From positions 5,413 to 69,412 of the forward strand of contig VHCN01000011.1 in the NCBI GenBank assembly GCA_016871675.1: a DNA stretch of 64,000 nt, in the 5' to 3' direction. The notes under the pieces are model-generated. The model was not told the origin of the DNA. It worked only from the letters and a program-made list of their open reading frames with translations, and made no database searches. A program made the position numbers and the translations under genes. This DNA comes from Verrucomicrobiota bacterium (lineage in GTDB: Bacteria; Verrucomicrobiota; Verrucomicrobiia; Limisphaerales; VHCN01). Below, in pieces: positions 35,389-45,521 of the stretch (its first letter is position 1; each line of letters opens with the position of its first letter).

Positions 35389-35467
35389 CTCTGCGATGGC
35401 GTTGACTTCAGACATATCCAAGAAAAACGGTTCGCCTATTTGCCCCGGAACGACCCTTTTTCTACCT

Positions 35468-35514
35468 TAGGGGCACTTGGGCGTCAATAGGGGAATCAAA
35501 AAAAATTTGGGCGT
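35468..35514. promoter_or_regulatory. candidate MraZ operator: GGG-containing boxes phased at ~10 bp
   Basis: TAGGGG (35468), TTGGGCGT (35477), TAGGGG (35488), A8 tract, TTGGGCGT (35507). Lies 50-90 bp upstream of mraZ in the mraZ/queA divergent region. Confidence 0.35.
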
Positions 35515-35668
35515 GCTTTCGCGGCCTCCGAACCGCTCCATTTCAGGGCAGTCGGCGCCCGACTTTTGCAATTCGTCAGTCACTCTCGCAAAGAACTGAG
35601 TCCGCGCGGGGACAAAGCAAGTGTCATCGCGGTTTGCCTTCGCGACGCGGAACTACTATTGAAAGCCC

Positions 35669-36745
35669 GTGCGCACGCAGGAGTTCGATTACGATTTGCC
35701 CCCCGAGTTGATCGCGCACACGCCCGCGCCACGTCGCGATGCTTCGCGACTCATTGTGTTGGATCGGCAGCATGGCTCGATCGCACACCGGCGCTTTGTG
35801 GACTTGCTGGATTACGTGCGCGAGGGCGACGTTCTCGTCTTAAACAATTCGCGCGTGATTCCGGCAAGGTTGCGCGCAATCAAACCGACAACCGGCGGTC
35901 ACGTGGAACTTCTGCTGCTCGAGGAAAGCTCCGTGAACGACTGGTGGGTGATGATGAAACCCGCCAAGAGAGTGCGCGTCGGAGCCGAATTGCAAATCTG
36001 CAAGCGTTGCGGAACTCCGTCGCCCGTCACCGCGGTTTTGCGCGAAAGGAACAACGAGGGCCATTGCCGTATCGAGTTTCGCGCCACACCAAACATCGTC
36101 GGAGAGTTGGATGAACTCGGTGAAGTCCCGTTGCCTCCATACATTCCGCGTGGCGACCCGCGCGACGACAACGAGGATCGTGTCCGCTATCAGACAGTCT
36201 TCGCCGGCCCGCCGGGATCCGCAGCGGCGCCGACCGCAGGTTTGCATTTCACGCCCGAGTTGCTCGACGCTGCGCGCATGCGAGGCGCGCGAGTCCGTTT
36301 TGTCACCTTGCATGTGGGGCTTGGAACATTCGCACCCGTGAAGGCGGAAGACCTCGACGACCACGTGATGCACGAGGAGCGATTTCACCTCGGCGCAGAA
36401 ACGGCAGCCGAGCTCAACACCGCGAAGAGCCGCGGGAGCCGGATCATCGCTTGCGGGACAACGAGCCTGCGCGTCTTGGAGACCATCGCCGCGAGCCTCG
36501 ATGGCCCGTGGCGCGAGCAGTCCGGCCGCACGCGCCTCTTTGTCCGGCCGCCATTTCACTTCCGTGTTGTGGACGCGCTGCTCACAAATTTCCACCTCCC
36601 TCGCTCGTCACTTCTCGTGCTTGCGTGCGCGTTTGCCGCGCCCGGCGGCCACACCGGGCGAGAACTCGTGATGTCCGCGTATGCGTCGGCCATTCGCGGG
36701 CGATACCGGTTTTTCAGCTACGGCGACGCGATGTTGATCTTGTGA
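35669..36745 (+). CDS. queA: tRNA preQ1(34) S-adenosylmethionine ribosyltransferase-isomerase
   Basis: FDYDLPPELIAHTPA.RRD.SRL, LNNSRVIPARL, PLPPYI, YQTV(F)A...GS.AAPTAGLHF. Confidence 0.93.
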   Translation: MRTQEFDYDLPPELIAHTPAPRRDASRLIVLDRQHGSIAHRRFVDLLDYVREGDVLVLNNSRVIPARLRAIKPTTGGHVELLLLEESSVNDWWVMMKPAKRVRVGAELQICKRCGTPSPVTAVLRERNNEGHCRIEFRATPNIVGELDELGEVPLPPYIPRGDPRDDNEDRVRYQTVFAGPPGSAAAPTAGLHFTPELLDAARMRGARVRFVTLHVGLGTFAPVKAEDLDDHVMHEERFHLGAETAAELNTAKSRGSRIIACGTTSLRVLETIAASLDGPWREQSGRTRLFVRPPFHFRVVDALLTNFHLPRSSLLVLACAFAAPGGHTGRELVMSAYASAIRGRYRFFSYGDAMLIL

Positions 36746-37452
36746 AACCGGACTCCAATCAGTCCAGTCCACGCCGGCCGTTTGTGCTGGTCAATATGTC
36801 GATGGCCGCGGACGGCAAGATCGCCACCGCCAACCGCGCGGTTTCGTCCTTCAGCAGCGCGGGAGATCAGCGCCACCTCCTCGAGTTGCGCGCAACGGCC
36901 GACGCGGTGATGTGCGGCGCGCGGACGGCGGACTTGAACCGGATCACGCTCGGCCCCGGTGGCGGGGCATTTCGCAGGGCGCGAATCCGGCGCGGGCTTC
37001 GCGAGTTCAACCTCCGCATCGTCGTTTCGCCATCCGGCACGCTCGATCCACGGGCGCACTTGTTCGCGGACCGCAGGTCACCCGTCGTCGTGCTCACGAC
37101 TTCACGCTGCCCGGCTACGCGGCTTGCACGGTTGCGCGAGGTCGCGGATGTGGTGCGCGTGTGCGGTTGCCGCGCCATCGAATGGGACCCGACGCTTCGC
37201 TGGCTGCGCACGGAATGGAAAGTCCACCGCCTGCTCTGCGAAGGCGGCGGCGAACTCAACAGTGCGCTGTTCCGCGCCGGGATCGTGGACGAAATCCACG
37301 TCACGCTTTGTCCGAAGATTATCGGAGGGCGCGAGGCGCCGACGATTTCAGATGGGCTGGGTGGAAAGCTCCGTGACGCGGCGAAGTTTGAGATCCAATC
37401 GGTGCGCCGGACCGGGGATGAGTTCTTCCTCGTCTTGGCCGCGCACGCATGA
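36742..37452 (+). CDS. RibD C-terminal domain (DHFR-like) reductase family protein
   Basis: A GTG start overlaps the queA stop (GTGA). RPFVLVNMSMAADGKIA..., GG.L...L...G.VDE...T..P.I.GG. Confidence 0.7.
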   Translation: MKPDSNQSSPRRPFVLVNMSMAADGKIATANRAVSSFSSAGDQRHLLELRATADAVMCGARTADLNRITLGPGGGAFRRARIRRGLREFNLRIVVSPSGTLDPRAHLFADRRSPVVVLTTSRCPATRLARLREVADVVRVCGCRAIEWDPTLRWLRTEWKVHRLLCEGGGELNSALFRAGIVDEIHVTLCPKIIGGREAPTISDGLGGKLRDAAKFEIQSVRRTGDEFFLVLAAHA

Positions 37453-37499
37453 TTGCGGCGGCTGCCCGTCGGAAGGGAACCCAAGCCACGGTAGATTTC

Positions 37500-38075
37500 T
37501 CACGCGACCTGTCCGGCAGGACCTTTCTCCCCGGGCTCCGGCTCCTCGGCGACGGTCTCGATCCGGCGGGCCATCAACCACAACACGTCAGCAAGGCGAT
37601 TGAGATAGACGATGATCTCCGGATTTCGCAACTCGCCCGCCTCCTGCAAGGCACAGACGCGCCGCTCCGCCCGCCGGCAAATGGTCCGCGCCATGTCGAC
37701 GGCCGCAGCATCCTGCGTCGCGCCCGGGGTCGCCCAGCCGCGGTAAGTGATGTCCTGTTCTTCAATCTGCCGGACGACCCCGTCGAGCTTGGCCGTGAGT
37801 TCCGGCGTCACGAGCGGGTGCCCGTCTTTCTCGTATCGGCCGAGGTCCTCGATGGTTGTCGCCAGTTCTCCCATGATGGTGACGAGGTCCTTCTGGATGC
37901 GAAGCAAGTCCGACTGGATGGCAGAAGCCTTCGTCGTCGCGCGCGCGACCCCGAGCGCCGCGTTGAGTTCGTCCACGCAACCATACGCCTCGACGCGCGG
38001 GTGGTTCTTCGGCACGCGGCGGTTATACATCAGGCCCGTGGTGCCTTTGTCGCCGGTCTTGGTTGCGATGCTCAT
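37500..38075 (-). CDS. PduO-type ATP:cob(I)alamin adenosyltransferase
   Basis: TKTGDKGTTGL...RV.K...RVEAYG.VDELNA. ATGA overlap with the upstream ORF. Confidence 0.85.
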   Translation of the reverse strand: MSIATKTGDKGTTGLMYNRRVPKNHPRVEAYGCVDELNAALGVARATTKASAIQSDLLRIQKDLVTIMGELATTIEDLGRYEKDGHPLVTPELTAKLDGVVRQIEEQDITYRGWATPGATQDAAAVDMARTICRRAERRVCALQEAGELRNPEIIVYLNRLADVLWLMARRIETVAEEPEPGEKGPAGQVA

Positions 38076-38485
38076 GGGATGAACTGCGCTCCGGTTGACA
38101 CACGGTCGTCGAACAGCACGGGTTTTACGAGGTAGGAGTTTGCGCCGCGTCGAAACGCGGCGTCGATGTCGGCGGCTTGCTGCGACGGGCTGGGAACGAC
38201 GGCCGGGATGGGACTCAACCCGCTTTGCTGCCCGAGCCACGCGAGGACTTCGTGGCCCGAGCGCTTCGGGAGTTTCAAGTCGAGCAGGATCAATCCGGGC
38301 AACGGGTGCGCGGCGCGGTCCGCGTAAGGCCCGTCGCCATCGCGCATGCCCCGGAGATCCGGCGGGGCTTCACCCGGCCCGCGCGCGACTCGAACCCCGG
38401 CCGCACGGCCCGCCACGCGGGCGCGCAGCTTTCGCTTCGCGCGGGGCGCAAGTGCCTTGCCGCCGTTGGGGCGCGGGTTGCTCAT
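38072..38485 (-). CDS. degenerate receiver (REC-like) domain protein
   Basis: It retains PGLILLDLKLP (Asp), the PAVVPSPS position and ANSYLVKP (Lys). The first ~45 aa are Arg/Ala/Pro-rich and lack the (I/L)LLVEDD acidic pocket in any frame. Confidence 0.6.
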   Translation of the reverse strand: MSNPRPNGGKALAPRAKRKLRARVAGRAAGVRVARGPGEAPPDLRGMRDGDGPYADRAAHPLPGLILLDLKLPKRSGHEVLAWLGQQSGLSPIPAVVPSPSQQAADIDAAFRRGANSYLVKPVLFDDRVSTGAQFIP

Positions 38486-39936
38486 GCCGCAATCTGCTTG
38501 CGGGGCGCGAAGTCCGCGCAGCGCTTGGAGCCGGGAAACATCTTGTGCGGATTGCACCGGCCCTCCGGGTCGAATACGCGCCGGAGCGCCCGCATTGCGT
38601 CGAGGTCATCCGCCGTGAACTGCCGCGCCATCATGTCCATCTTTTCCACGCCGATGCCGTGTTCGCCGCTCACGCTGCCACCCAACTCGATGCATCTCTC
38701 GAGGATTTCCTCGCCGGCCTTCACCGCGCGCCGCACTTGCTCCGGGTCCCGCTCGTCAAAAAGCACCAGCGGATGGATGTTCCCGTCGCCCGCGTGGAAG
38801 ACGTTTGGAATGCGCAGTCCGCACCGCCGGCTCGTTTCGCCGATGAACTGCATCATTTCGGGCAGTTTCGATCGCGGCACCACGCCGTCTTGCGTGAGGA
38901 AGCTCGGGCTCAACCGCCCGATGGCGCCAAACGCGCGCTTGCGGCACTTCCACAGTTCTGCGCGCTCCTCCGCGGTTTTCGCCAGCCGCACTTCGCGCGC
39001 GGCGTTCCGGCGGCACAGGTCCATGACCCGCTCCGCCTGGCGACCGAGTCCCGCGGATAATCCGTCCAACTCGACGATCAACACCGCGCCGGCGTCCAGC
39101 GGGAACCCGAAATGATACGCAGCCTCGACCGCCTGCGTGATCATCTGGTCCATCATCTCCATCGCGCCCGGCACGATGCCCGCGCCGATGATGTCGCTCA
39201 CCGTCTGGCTCGCGTCATCCACGCTCTCGAACACGCCGAGCATGGTCTTGAATTCCTGCGGCGCGCGGACGAGCCGGAGCAGCACGCGCGTGACAATCCC
39301 GAACATCCCCTCGCAGCCGATCACCGCGCCGCGCAGGTCGTAGCCCTCCACATCCTCGCCGCCGCCGGGGCGCGCGCCGAGCCACACCACTTCGCCGTCG
39401 GGCAGCACCAACTCGAAGCCAAGCACGTGGTTGGTGGTCACGCCGTATTTCAACGTGTGCGGCCCTCCCGAGTTCGTGGCCACGTTGCCGCCGATGGTGC
39501 ATGCAGATTGCGACGAGGGGTCCGGCGCGTAGAAAAGCCCGCGTGACTGGACGGCTTGCGTGACTCGCGCGTTGATGACGCCCGCCTCGACAAGTGCGCG
39601 GCGGTTGCGGACGTCGAGGTCGAGGATGCGGTTCATCCGCGTGAGCGCGATCATCACGCCGCCGGTGACGGCGAGCACGGTGCCGCTCAAGCTCGTGCCT
39701 GCGCCGCGTGGGATGACCGGGAGGTTGTGGCTGGCGCAAAGCTTGAGCACCGTCGCGACTTCATCCGTCGTGTGCGGCAGCACGACGACGGTGGGCAGGC
39801 TTTTCTCGAGCGTGTAGGCGTCGCACTCGTAGACGACGAGCTCGTCGTGGGCTGTGACGATGTTCGCCGGCCCGACAATGGAAGCCAGTTCACGGACGAC
39901 GGAAGGCGAAACCACTGTTTCCGACGACTGGGCCAC
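38482..39936 (-). CDS. FAD-linked oxidase (GlcD / D-lactate dehydrogenase family)
   Basis: 484 aa. Has an FAD-binding PCMH pattern (PRGAGTSLSG) and C-terminal GGS.SGEHGIG. GTG start. Confidence 0.85.
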   Translation of the reverse strand: MAQSSETVVSPSVVRELASIVGPANIVTAHDELVVYECDAYTLEKSLPTVVVLPHTTDEVATVLKLCASHNLPVIPRGAGTSLSGTVLAVTGGVMIALTRMNRILDLDVRNRRALVEAGVINARVTQAVQSRGLFYAPDPSSQSACTIGGNVATNSGGPHTLKYGVTTNHVLGFELVLPDGEVVWLGARPGGGEDVEGYDLRGAVIGCEGMFGIVTRVLLRLVRAPQEFKTMLGVFESVDDASQTVSDIIGAGIVPGAMEMMDQMITQAVEAAYHFGFPLDAGAVLIVELDGLSAGLGRQAERVMDLCRRNAAREVRLAKTAEERAELWKCRKRAFGAIGRLSPSFLTQDGVVPRSKLPEMMQFIGETSRRCGLRIPNVFHAGDGNIHPLVLFDERDPEQVRRAVKAGEEILERCIELGGSVSGEHGIGVEKMDMMARQFTADDLDAMRALRRVFDPEGRCNPHKMFPGSKRCADFAPRKQIAA

Positions 39937-40010
39937 GGGCGGAAACTAGCAGGCAGGCACCGGGGTGTCGAGGGCGCGCGCGCCCCGGCGCCAAGGGAAA
40001 CGCACGTCGG

Positions 40011-41297
40011 TCAGACCAGCAGCTCTTTGATCGGCCCGACCGCCGGGTCGGCCATCGGAACCTGCCGGCCGGCGATGTCGAAATTGCCCTTCGAACTCAA
40101 TCCAAGCGCGCGCAGGTAAGTGTGGAAGAGATGCCCGCAGTCCACCTCACGCTCGGAGACTTCCGTGCCGTTCTTGTTCGTCGCGCCCACGGATGCGCCG
40201 CGCACGATCCCCGCGCCGCCCACGCACACGCTCCATGCGCGGCCCCAGTGGTCGCGGCCGTAATACTGGTTGATGCGCGGCGTGCGGCCGAACTCGCTCA
40301 GCACGACGATCAGCGTGCTGTCGAGCATCCCGCGGTCCGCGAGGTCCGCCACGAACGTGGCGAAGGGCTTGTCGAACTCGCCCATCTGCTCGAAGTGGAA
40401 GTTGAAATTCTCGTTGTGCGTGTCGTAGTTCGAGTGCGACACCTGCGCGAACGTGATGCCCTTCTCCAACAACCGCCGCGCCATCAAACAATGCCGGCCG
40501 AAGTCGTGCTTGCCGTAACGCTCATGGTCCTTCTCGGGTTCCTTGGAAAGGTCAAACACGTCCCGCTGCTTCATCAACTCCAGCGCCTGCTCGTAACTCT
40601 GCGTGTAAGCATCGGTCATCGCCGTGCGCCGGCGCGAAAGGAAGTGGTCATTCGCAACGCGTCGAAATTCATTCTGCTCCGCGAGCGACGCCACGGACAG
40701 GCTGTCGGGCTTGGTCGTGTTCGCGGGCGGCTGGCTGCCGTCGAGCCCGATGCTGGCGTATTTGGGACCAAGATACGCGGAGTCGCCGCTGCGCCCGCCG
40801 CCGCCGGCCGTGATGCGCACGTGGCCGGGCAGGGACTGGTGCGGCCCGTCAAAGCACTTCGCCACCACCGCGCCAATCTGGGGGAACTCCTGCCCGGGCA
40901 CCTGACGCCGGCCCGTGAGCATCATGTATGTGCCCTTGCCATGGTCGTCGTTCTTCGTGTTGATGCCGCGCACGAGCGCGAGGTGGTGCATCTGCTTTGC
41001 CGTGAATGGAAGCAGTTCACTGATGTGGATTCCCGGCACGCTTGTCGGGATGGCGCGGAACGGCCCGCCGGTGTCCGTGCCGGGCTTAGGGTCCCAACTT
41101 TCGAGCTGCGAAAGCCCGCCGTGCATGTTGAACACGACCATCCGCTTCTGGTTCTTCGCGAGGGAGGCTGACACCGGGGGCGCGGCGAACGCCCCGAGCC
41201 CGCCAGCCACGGCGCCCGCCCCGGCGGCGAGCGACCCGAGAAACTGGCGCCGGGCAATGGTGTGCTCCGCTGAACCGCAGGCGTAATCACATTTCAT
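40011..41297 (-). CDS. DUF1501 (sulfatase-fold) protein with Tat-type signal
   Basis: RRQFLGSLAAGAGA twin-arginine leader, then GGLSQLESWDPKP and SEFGRTP. Confidence 0.85.
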   Translation of the reverse strand: MKCDYACGSAEHTIARRQFLGSLAAGAGAVAGGLGAFAAPPVSASLAKNQKRMVVFNMHGGLSQLESWDPKPGTDTGGPFRAIPTSVPGIHISELLPFTAKQMHHLALVRGINTKNDDHGKGTYMMLTGRRQVPGQEFPQIGAVVAKCFDGPHQSLPGHVRITAGGGGRSGDSAYLGPKYASIGLDGSQPPANTTKPDSLSVASLAEQNEFRRVANDHFLSRRRTAMTDAYTQSYEQALELMKQRDVFDLSKEPEKDHERYGKHDFGRHCLMARRLLEKGITFAQVSHSNYDTHNENFNFHFEQMGEFDKPFATFVADLADRGMLDSTLIVVLSEFGRTPRINQYYGRDHWGRAWSVCVGGAGIVRGASVGATNKNGTEVSEREVDCGHLFHTYLRALGLSSKGNFDIAGRQVPMADPAVGPIKELLV

Positions 41298-41416
41298 ATC
41301 TCGTGGAAGGGTTGTGCGTTGTTGAATTTATCCCATTCCGACGCGCTCGACGCAACCCTGAATCACGGAATGTCCGGGCTTTTTTTGCCTGCCCCGCCCC
41401 CCCCCAACGCAGCGCG

Positions 41417-44206
41417 CTAGTGCTTGAATCGAAACTCCACGCTCGTGAGCAGCGCCCACGCAAGGTCCTGCACGACCGCTGGCTTGTCGCCGGCCCGCGC
41501 GCCGAGGCGACGCGAAACTTCCTTCACCTCGTCCGCAGTCGGCGGCCGGGTGAGCACGCTCATGTAAAGCTCGTCGCATAGCGACTGCGCATCGGCGGCC
41601 TTCAGGAGCCGGTCAGTGAGGTTTCCCGCGGACGGCGCGAGCCAACTGCGGACGAGCCCACCGTTGTTGAAGAACAGCGCCTGTTCCGCGGTTGTGTAGA
41701 ACGCGTTCTGCGGCTGGCCGGCGCCGTTGGCGAACAGGCTTGCGAACTGGCCCGCGTTTCCACGCAACCGGTCCCACACAAACTGCTCGAGGAAGGTCGC
41801 CCGGGCGGCGAGCCGCGCCGGGCTGTCCTTGTTCGATTCCGTCGCCGGGTCCTTCTTCTCGAACTCGGCATCCGCGGCGAGCTCCTGCGCGCGCACCTGG
41901 CCGCTCGCCTGCATCATGCTCCAGCAAAGTTGCTCCGGCGTGAGCGCCACGAGCGCGCCCGAGGCGAAGCGATTTTCGAGCATCGGCGACAGCTTCACGA
42001 ACGGTTCGCCAAGCTTGCGCCGGTCGGCCTCGGCCTTGGCCGAGGCGGCCGCCCGTTGTTTCTCGATCGCGGGCAGATCGCGGTTCGCGTCGGCGAACTG
42101 CCTGGCCACCGGCTCAAACCCCCGCCGGGCCTGCGCAAGCCGCATCGTCGCGATCGTGACGGCTGCCTCGCGCGACGCCACCACCCGGCGGAGCTTCGCA
42201 AGCTCCCCGGCCGTGGCGGGCGTGCAGCCTCTCGGTGGCGAAACCGCCTCGGCGAGCTGACGCCGGCTCTCGCGCAGCTCCCTGTCCGCGGTGTCGTCCG
42301 CGCGCTGCGCTGCGACGAGCGCATCGTAAGTGGCGACGATTTCCCGCGCCCGCCGCTCCCGCCCGCGAAGCGCTTCGAGTTCCGCGAGAGAAGCGCTGGC
42401 CAGGGCGAAAAGCGGCTCGCTTTCCACGAGCGCCTTCGCGTCCGCAAGCTGTCGCTCGACGTGGCGCAACAACGTCCGGTCCGCCTGCCGCCGCGCCAGC
42501 ATCGACGTAAGCCCGGCCTCGAGGGCGAGTATCTGTCTCTCCACCGCGTCGTGCCGCTCGCGGATCGAGTCTGCGGCACTGTCCGCGGCCGCCAGGCCGT
42601 CGAACATCGGCCTGGCCGCAGCGGCCTTGGTGTCGGCGTCCTTCGCGGCGGCCTCCACGTCCTTCGTGAGCGAGGCCGAGCGCGCGGTGAGGCTGGCGAT
42701 GGAGTTGGTGAGGTCCTTGTCTCCAGGCAAGTTCGCCAGCGCAGCCTGCACGCGGGCAAGACCTTCGTTGATGGACTGCAAGGCGTCGCGCCGCGACAAG
42801 AGGATGCGCTGTGCCTCGTAATGCGCATTGATGGCCGGGTCGCACGCCTTCTTCACTTCGAGCAGCGCGGCGTTGGTCTTGGCGAAGTCCGCGACAAGTG
42901 GCGCGGCTTCCTTGCGCGCGGCGGCGAGGTTTGTCAGCGCTGCCTTGTGCGCCTCGTCGTGCTTCAAGAGCCACTCCGAGAGCCGCGTCCGCTCCGCTTC
43001 GAGGTCGGCGATTCGCCCAGCCGTCGGGCGGGCGGGCAAGGCCGGCACCGTGGCGATCTCGATGCTGCGCTGATACGCGCGCGTCAGCGCGAGTTCGCGC
43101 ACGAACGATCGCACGTCGAACTTCATCGTCACGATCTCGTTCGCGAGCAGGTCGAGCAGCGCGGGATACGCCGGCGGATTGTCCGAGTGCATCTCGTCCA
43201 CCGGGTCGACGAGGCCGCGGCCCATCATCGCGGCCCAAATCCGGTTGGCGATGTTGCGGTTGAAGTCGCGGTTCGAGCCGTCCGTGGTCGCAGCGGCGAG
43301 CAGCGCCACGCGGCTGTGCTTCGGGACGGGCCGGAGATTCTTGTCCTTCGCGTCGGGCCGCACGACCCACTCGTCGCCCATCCGAAATCGCGGCTCGGCC
43401 ATCTGCAGTCCGCCGGGCGGTCGCGGGCGTGTCGCGCCGGACTCCTTCGTGAACACCGATGTGAAGGCCACGTCGCCGTCGGCCTTCTCGGCGAGGAACA
43501 CCTTCTTCGACCGGTCCTCGGTGAACAAATAGGCGCGGCTGAAGAACGCGTAGAGCCCGTGGTAATCGCGCTGGAGGAAATCATCCACGCGCGGGTGGTC
43601 GTGGCACTGCGCGCACTGCAGGTCCTTGCCGAAGAAAATCCGGCCCGTGTCCCGGGTGAGCAGGTTCGACTCCGCATCGCGGTCGAGGAAAAACCGCGAG
43701 GCGACGCGATTCTTCGCCTCCGTGCCGTCCGCCGAAAGGATTTCTTGCGCGAGCTGGTGGTAGGGCTTGTTTGTCGCGAATGACTCGAAGAGCCACTGCT
43801 GCCAGTCGGCGGCTTTCGCGCTCTTCTCGGGGCGACGCTCCATGAACATCACGTCGAATGTCGTGGCCATGTGCCGTGCGAAGTCTCGCGAGCCGACGAG
43901 CCGGTCCACGAGCCGGGGGCGCTTGTCCGGCGAAGTGTCCGAGAGAAATGCGCGCGCCTCCTCGGCCGATGGAATCCTTCCGGTGAGATCGAGGTGGATG
44001 CGCCGCACAAAATCTGCATCCGCGGCGACGCCGAGGACGGGCCCGACGAAGGTGCCCTCGATCATGCGGTCGATCCGCTCGTGCAGCGGGACGAATGGCG
44101 GCGAAGGCGCCGCGACGGCCGCCGCGACCAGTCCCGCCATCAACAGAATCGCTCCCGGACGCCGCGCGCGCGGGAGTCGTATCATCGGTGGGCTCGGTCG
44201 TTTCAT
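41417..44206 (-). CDS. DUF1549/DUF1553 (PSD1-type) protein with long central coiled-coil
   Basis: RRIHLDLTGRIPS.EE...F, CAQCHDHP, and a C-terminal ALLTSVEFRFKH. It is paired with DUF1501, as is usual in PVC genomes. Confidence 0.85.
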   Translation of the reverse strand: MKRPSPPMIRLPRARRPGAILLMAGLVAAAVAAPSPPFVPLHERIDRMIEGTFVGPVLGVAADADFVRRIHLDLTGRIPSAEEARAFLSDTSPDKRPRLVDRLVGSRDFARHMATTFDVMFMERRPEKSAKAADWQQWLFESFATNKPYHQLAQEILSADGTEAKNRVASRFFLDRDAESNLLTRDTGRIFFGKDLQCAQCHDHPRVDDFLQRDYHGLYAFFSRAYLFTEDRSKKVFLAEKADGDVAFTSVFTKESGATRPRPPGGLQMAEPRFRMGDEWVVRPDAKDKNLRPVPKHSRVALLAAATTDGSNRDFNRNIANRIWAAMMGRGLVDPVDEMHSDNPPAYPALLDLLANEIVTMKFDVRSFVRELALTRAYQRSIEIATVPALPARPTAGRIADLEAERTRLSEWLLKHDEAHKAALTNLAAARKEAAPLVADFAKTNAALLEVKKACDPAINAHYEAQRILLSRRDALQSINEGLARVQAALANLPGDKDLTNSIASLTARSASLTKDVEAAAKDADTKAAAARPMFDGLAAADSAADSIRERHDAVERQILALEAGLTSMLARRQADRTLLRHVERQLADAKALVESEPLFALASASLAELEALRGRERRAREIVATYDALVAAQRADDTADRELRESRRQLAEAVSPPRGCTPATAGELAKLRRVVASREAAVTIATMRLAQARRGFEPVARQFADANRDLPAIEKQRAAASAKAEADRRKLGEPFVKLSPMLENRFASGALVALTPEQLCWSMMQASGQVRAQELAADAEFEKKDPATESNKDSPARLAARATFLEQFVWDRLRGNAGQFASLFANGAGQPQNAFYTTAEQALFFNNGGLVRSWLAPSAGNLTDRLLKAADAQSLCDELYMSVLTRPPTADEVKEVSRRLGARAGDKPAVVQDLAWALLTSVEFRFKH

Positions 44207-44495
44207 CGGTTTGAGCGCGCGCGGGGCGGGTGAAATTTAGAGGCGAGCCCGCGAGGGGCTATTCAGCAGAATTGGAGCGGGTGCGGCGCGGCTGCATCAA
44301 CCGGTCGCCTTGGCGATCACAGACCCGCGAGCGCGACGTGAGGTCAAGTTGTTCGTCGGGCGGGTGTCGGTTCCCGCCGCGGCGCCTTCCACGCCGATGC
44401 TCCGCCTGCAGATTAGGGCGCTCACGGCTGACCGCTTGAATCGCGTTCGCGTGTCGCAAGCCGGGTTCGTGCGCCTCGCGGCTCGTGGCCGATGC

Positions 44496-45521
44496 TTACC
44501 ATCTCACCGTCCTGCCCGTCGCCGCCGACTTGTCCGCGGCGAAGATGACCCGGTGGCTCGCGGCGGCGTCGGCGAGGCTCGTGAGCGGCATTTCCTTGCC
44601 GGCGTCGAGCGCGTCGAAGAACGCCTGGAACTGCGACTGATACGGGTGGTCGCTCACATCGCCGGAGTCGAGCATCTTCATCGAGAGCTGGCTCCATTTG
44701 GCCTTGTTGGTGCCGAGTTTCATCGAGTGGAACTTGTCGTCGAGCAAACTGCCCTCGCTGCCGACGAGGTGCGTGTGGAAGTAATACGGCTGGAGGCAGT
44801 CCACCACCGCCGCGCACTTGCCCACCGCGCCGCCCTTGAATTTGAGGATCGTCACGCTCGTGGTCGTGTATTCGTAGGGCTTGAAGATTCTGCTCTGCGA
44901 ACGCGTGTCGTAACTGGTCACCTCGGTGACTTCGCCGCCCATGCAGAGCAACAGCGCGTCGAGCGCGTGGCAGCCGGCCGTGAGCAGCGAGGAGCCGCCG
45001 TCCTTCTTGAAGGTGTTCCACCGGAACTGCCCATACCACGGGCCGATGCCGTGGTAGTAGTCCACCTCGCCGTAATGCAGCCTGCCAAGCAGGCCGCGGT
45101 CGAGCACCGCCTTGATCGCCGTGAACTGGCTCGAGTAGCGGCACTCAAAGCACACGCACGTCCTCACGCCGGCTTTCTTCACCGCGGCTTGCATGGCCTG
45201 CACGTCCGTCCACGACATCGCGAGGGGTTTTTCGATGATGATGTGCTTGCCCGCGCGCGCGGCGGCGATGACGTGCGGCGCGTGCAGGCTCGGCATGGAG
45301 CAGACGGAGACGGCGTTGATACTCGGGTCGGCAAGCATCGCCTCGAGGTTGGTGAAGGTGGCGATGGGCGAGCCGTATTTCGCCGTCAGCGCCGCGGCGT
45401 CCTGCGGGCGCGACGAATACACGGCGGTGACCTGCGCCTGCGAACTGGCGTTGATGGCCGGGATGTGCGCCGTGGCGACCCAGCCGTAGCCGATGATGCC
45501 GACGTTGTATGTCTTGCTCAT
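44496..45521 (-). CDS. Gfo/Idh/MocA family oxidoreductase
   Basis: Internal ATG. VGIIGYGWVATAHIPA Rossmann N-terminus, then EKPLA. Confidence 0.8.
   Translation of the reverse strand: MSKTYNVGIIGYGWVATAHIPAINASSQAQVTAVYSSRPQDAAALTAKYGSPIATFTNLEAMLADPSINAVSVCSMPSLHAPHVIAAARAGKHIIIEKPLAMSWTDVQAMQAAVKKAGVRTCVCFECRYSSQFTAIKAVLDRGLLGRLHYGEVDYYHGIGPWYGQFRWNTFKKDGGSSLLTAGCHALDALLLCMGGEVTEVTSYDTRSQSRIFKPYEYTTTSVTILKFKGGAVGKCAAVVDCLQPYYFHTHLVGSEGSLLDDKFHSMKLGTNKAKWSQLSMKMLDSGDVSDHPYQSQFQAFFDALDAGKEMPLTSLADAAASHRVIFAADKSAATGRTVRW

Noticed and set aside
41385-41405. T7 and C9 homopolymer tracts in the DUF1553-DUF1501 intergenic region
   Set aside because: They are potentially slip-prone, but they lie in a 119-nt intergenic spacer with no start codon or recognisable promoter element whose spacing they would alter. 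There is no evidence for function.
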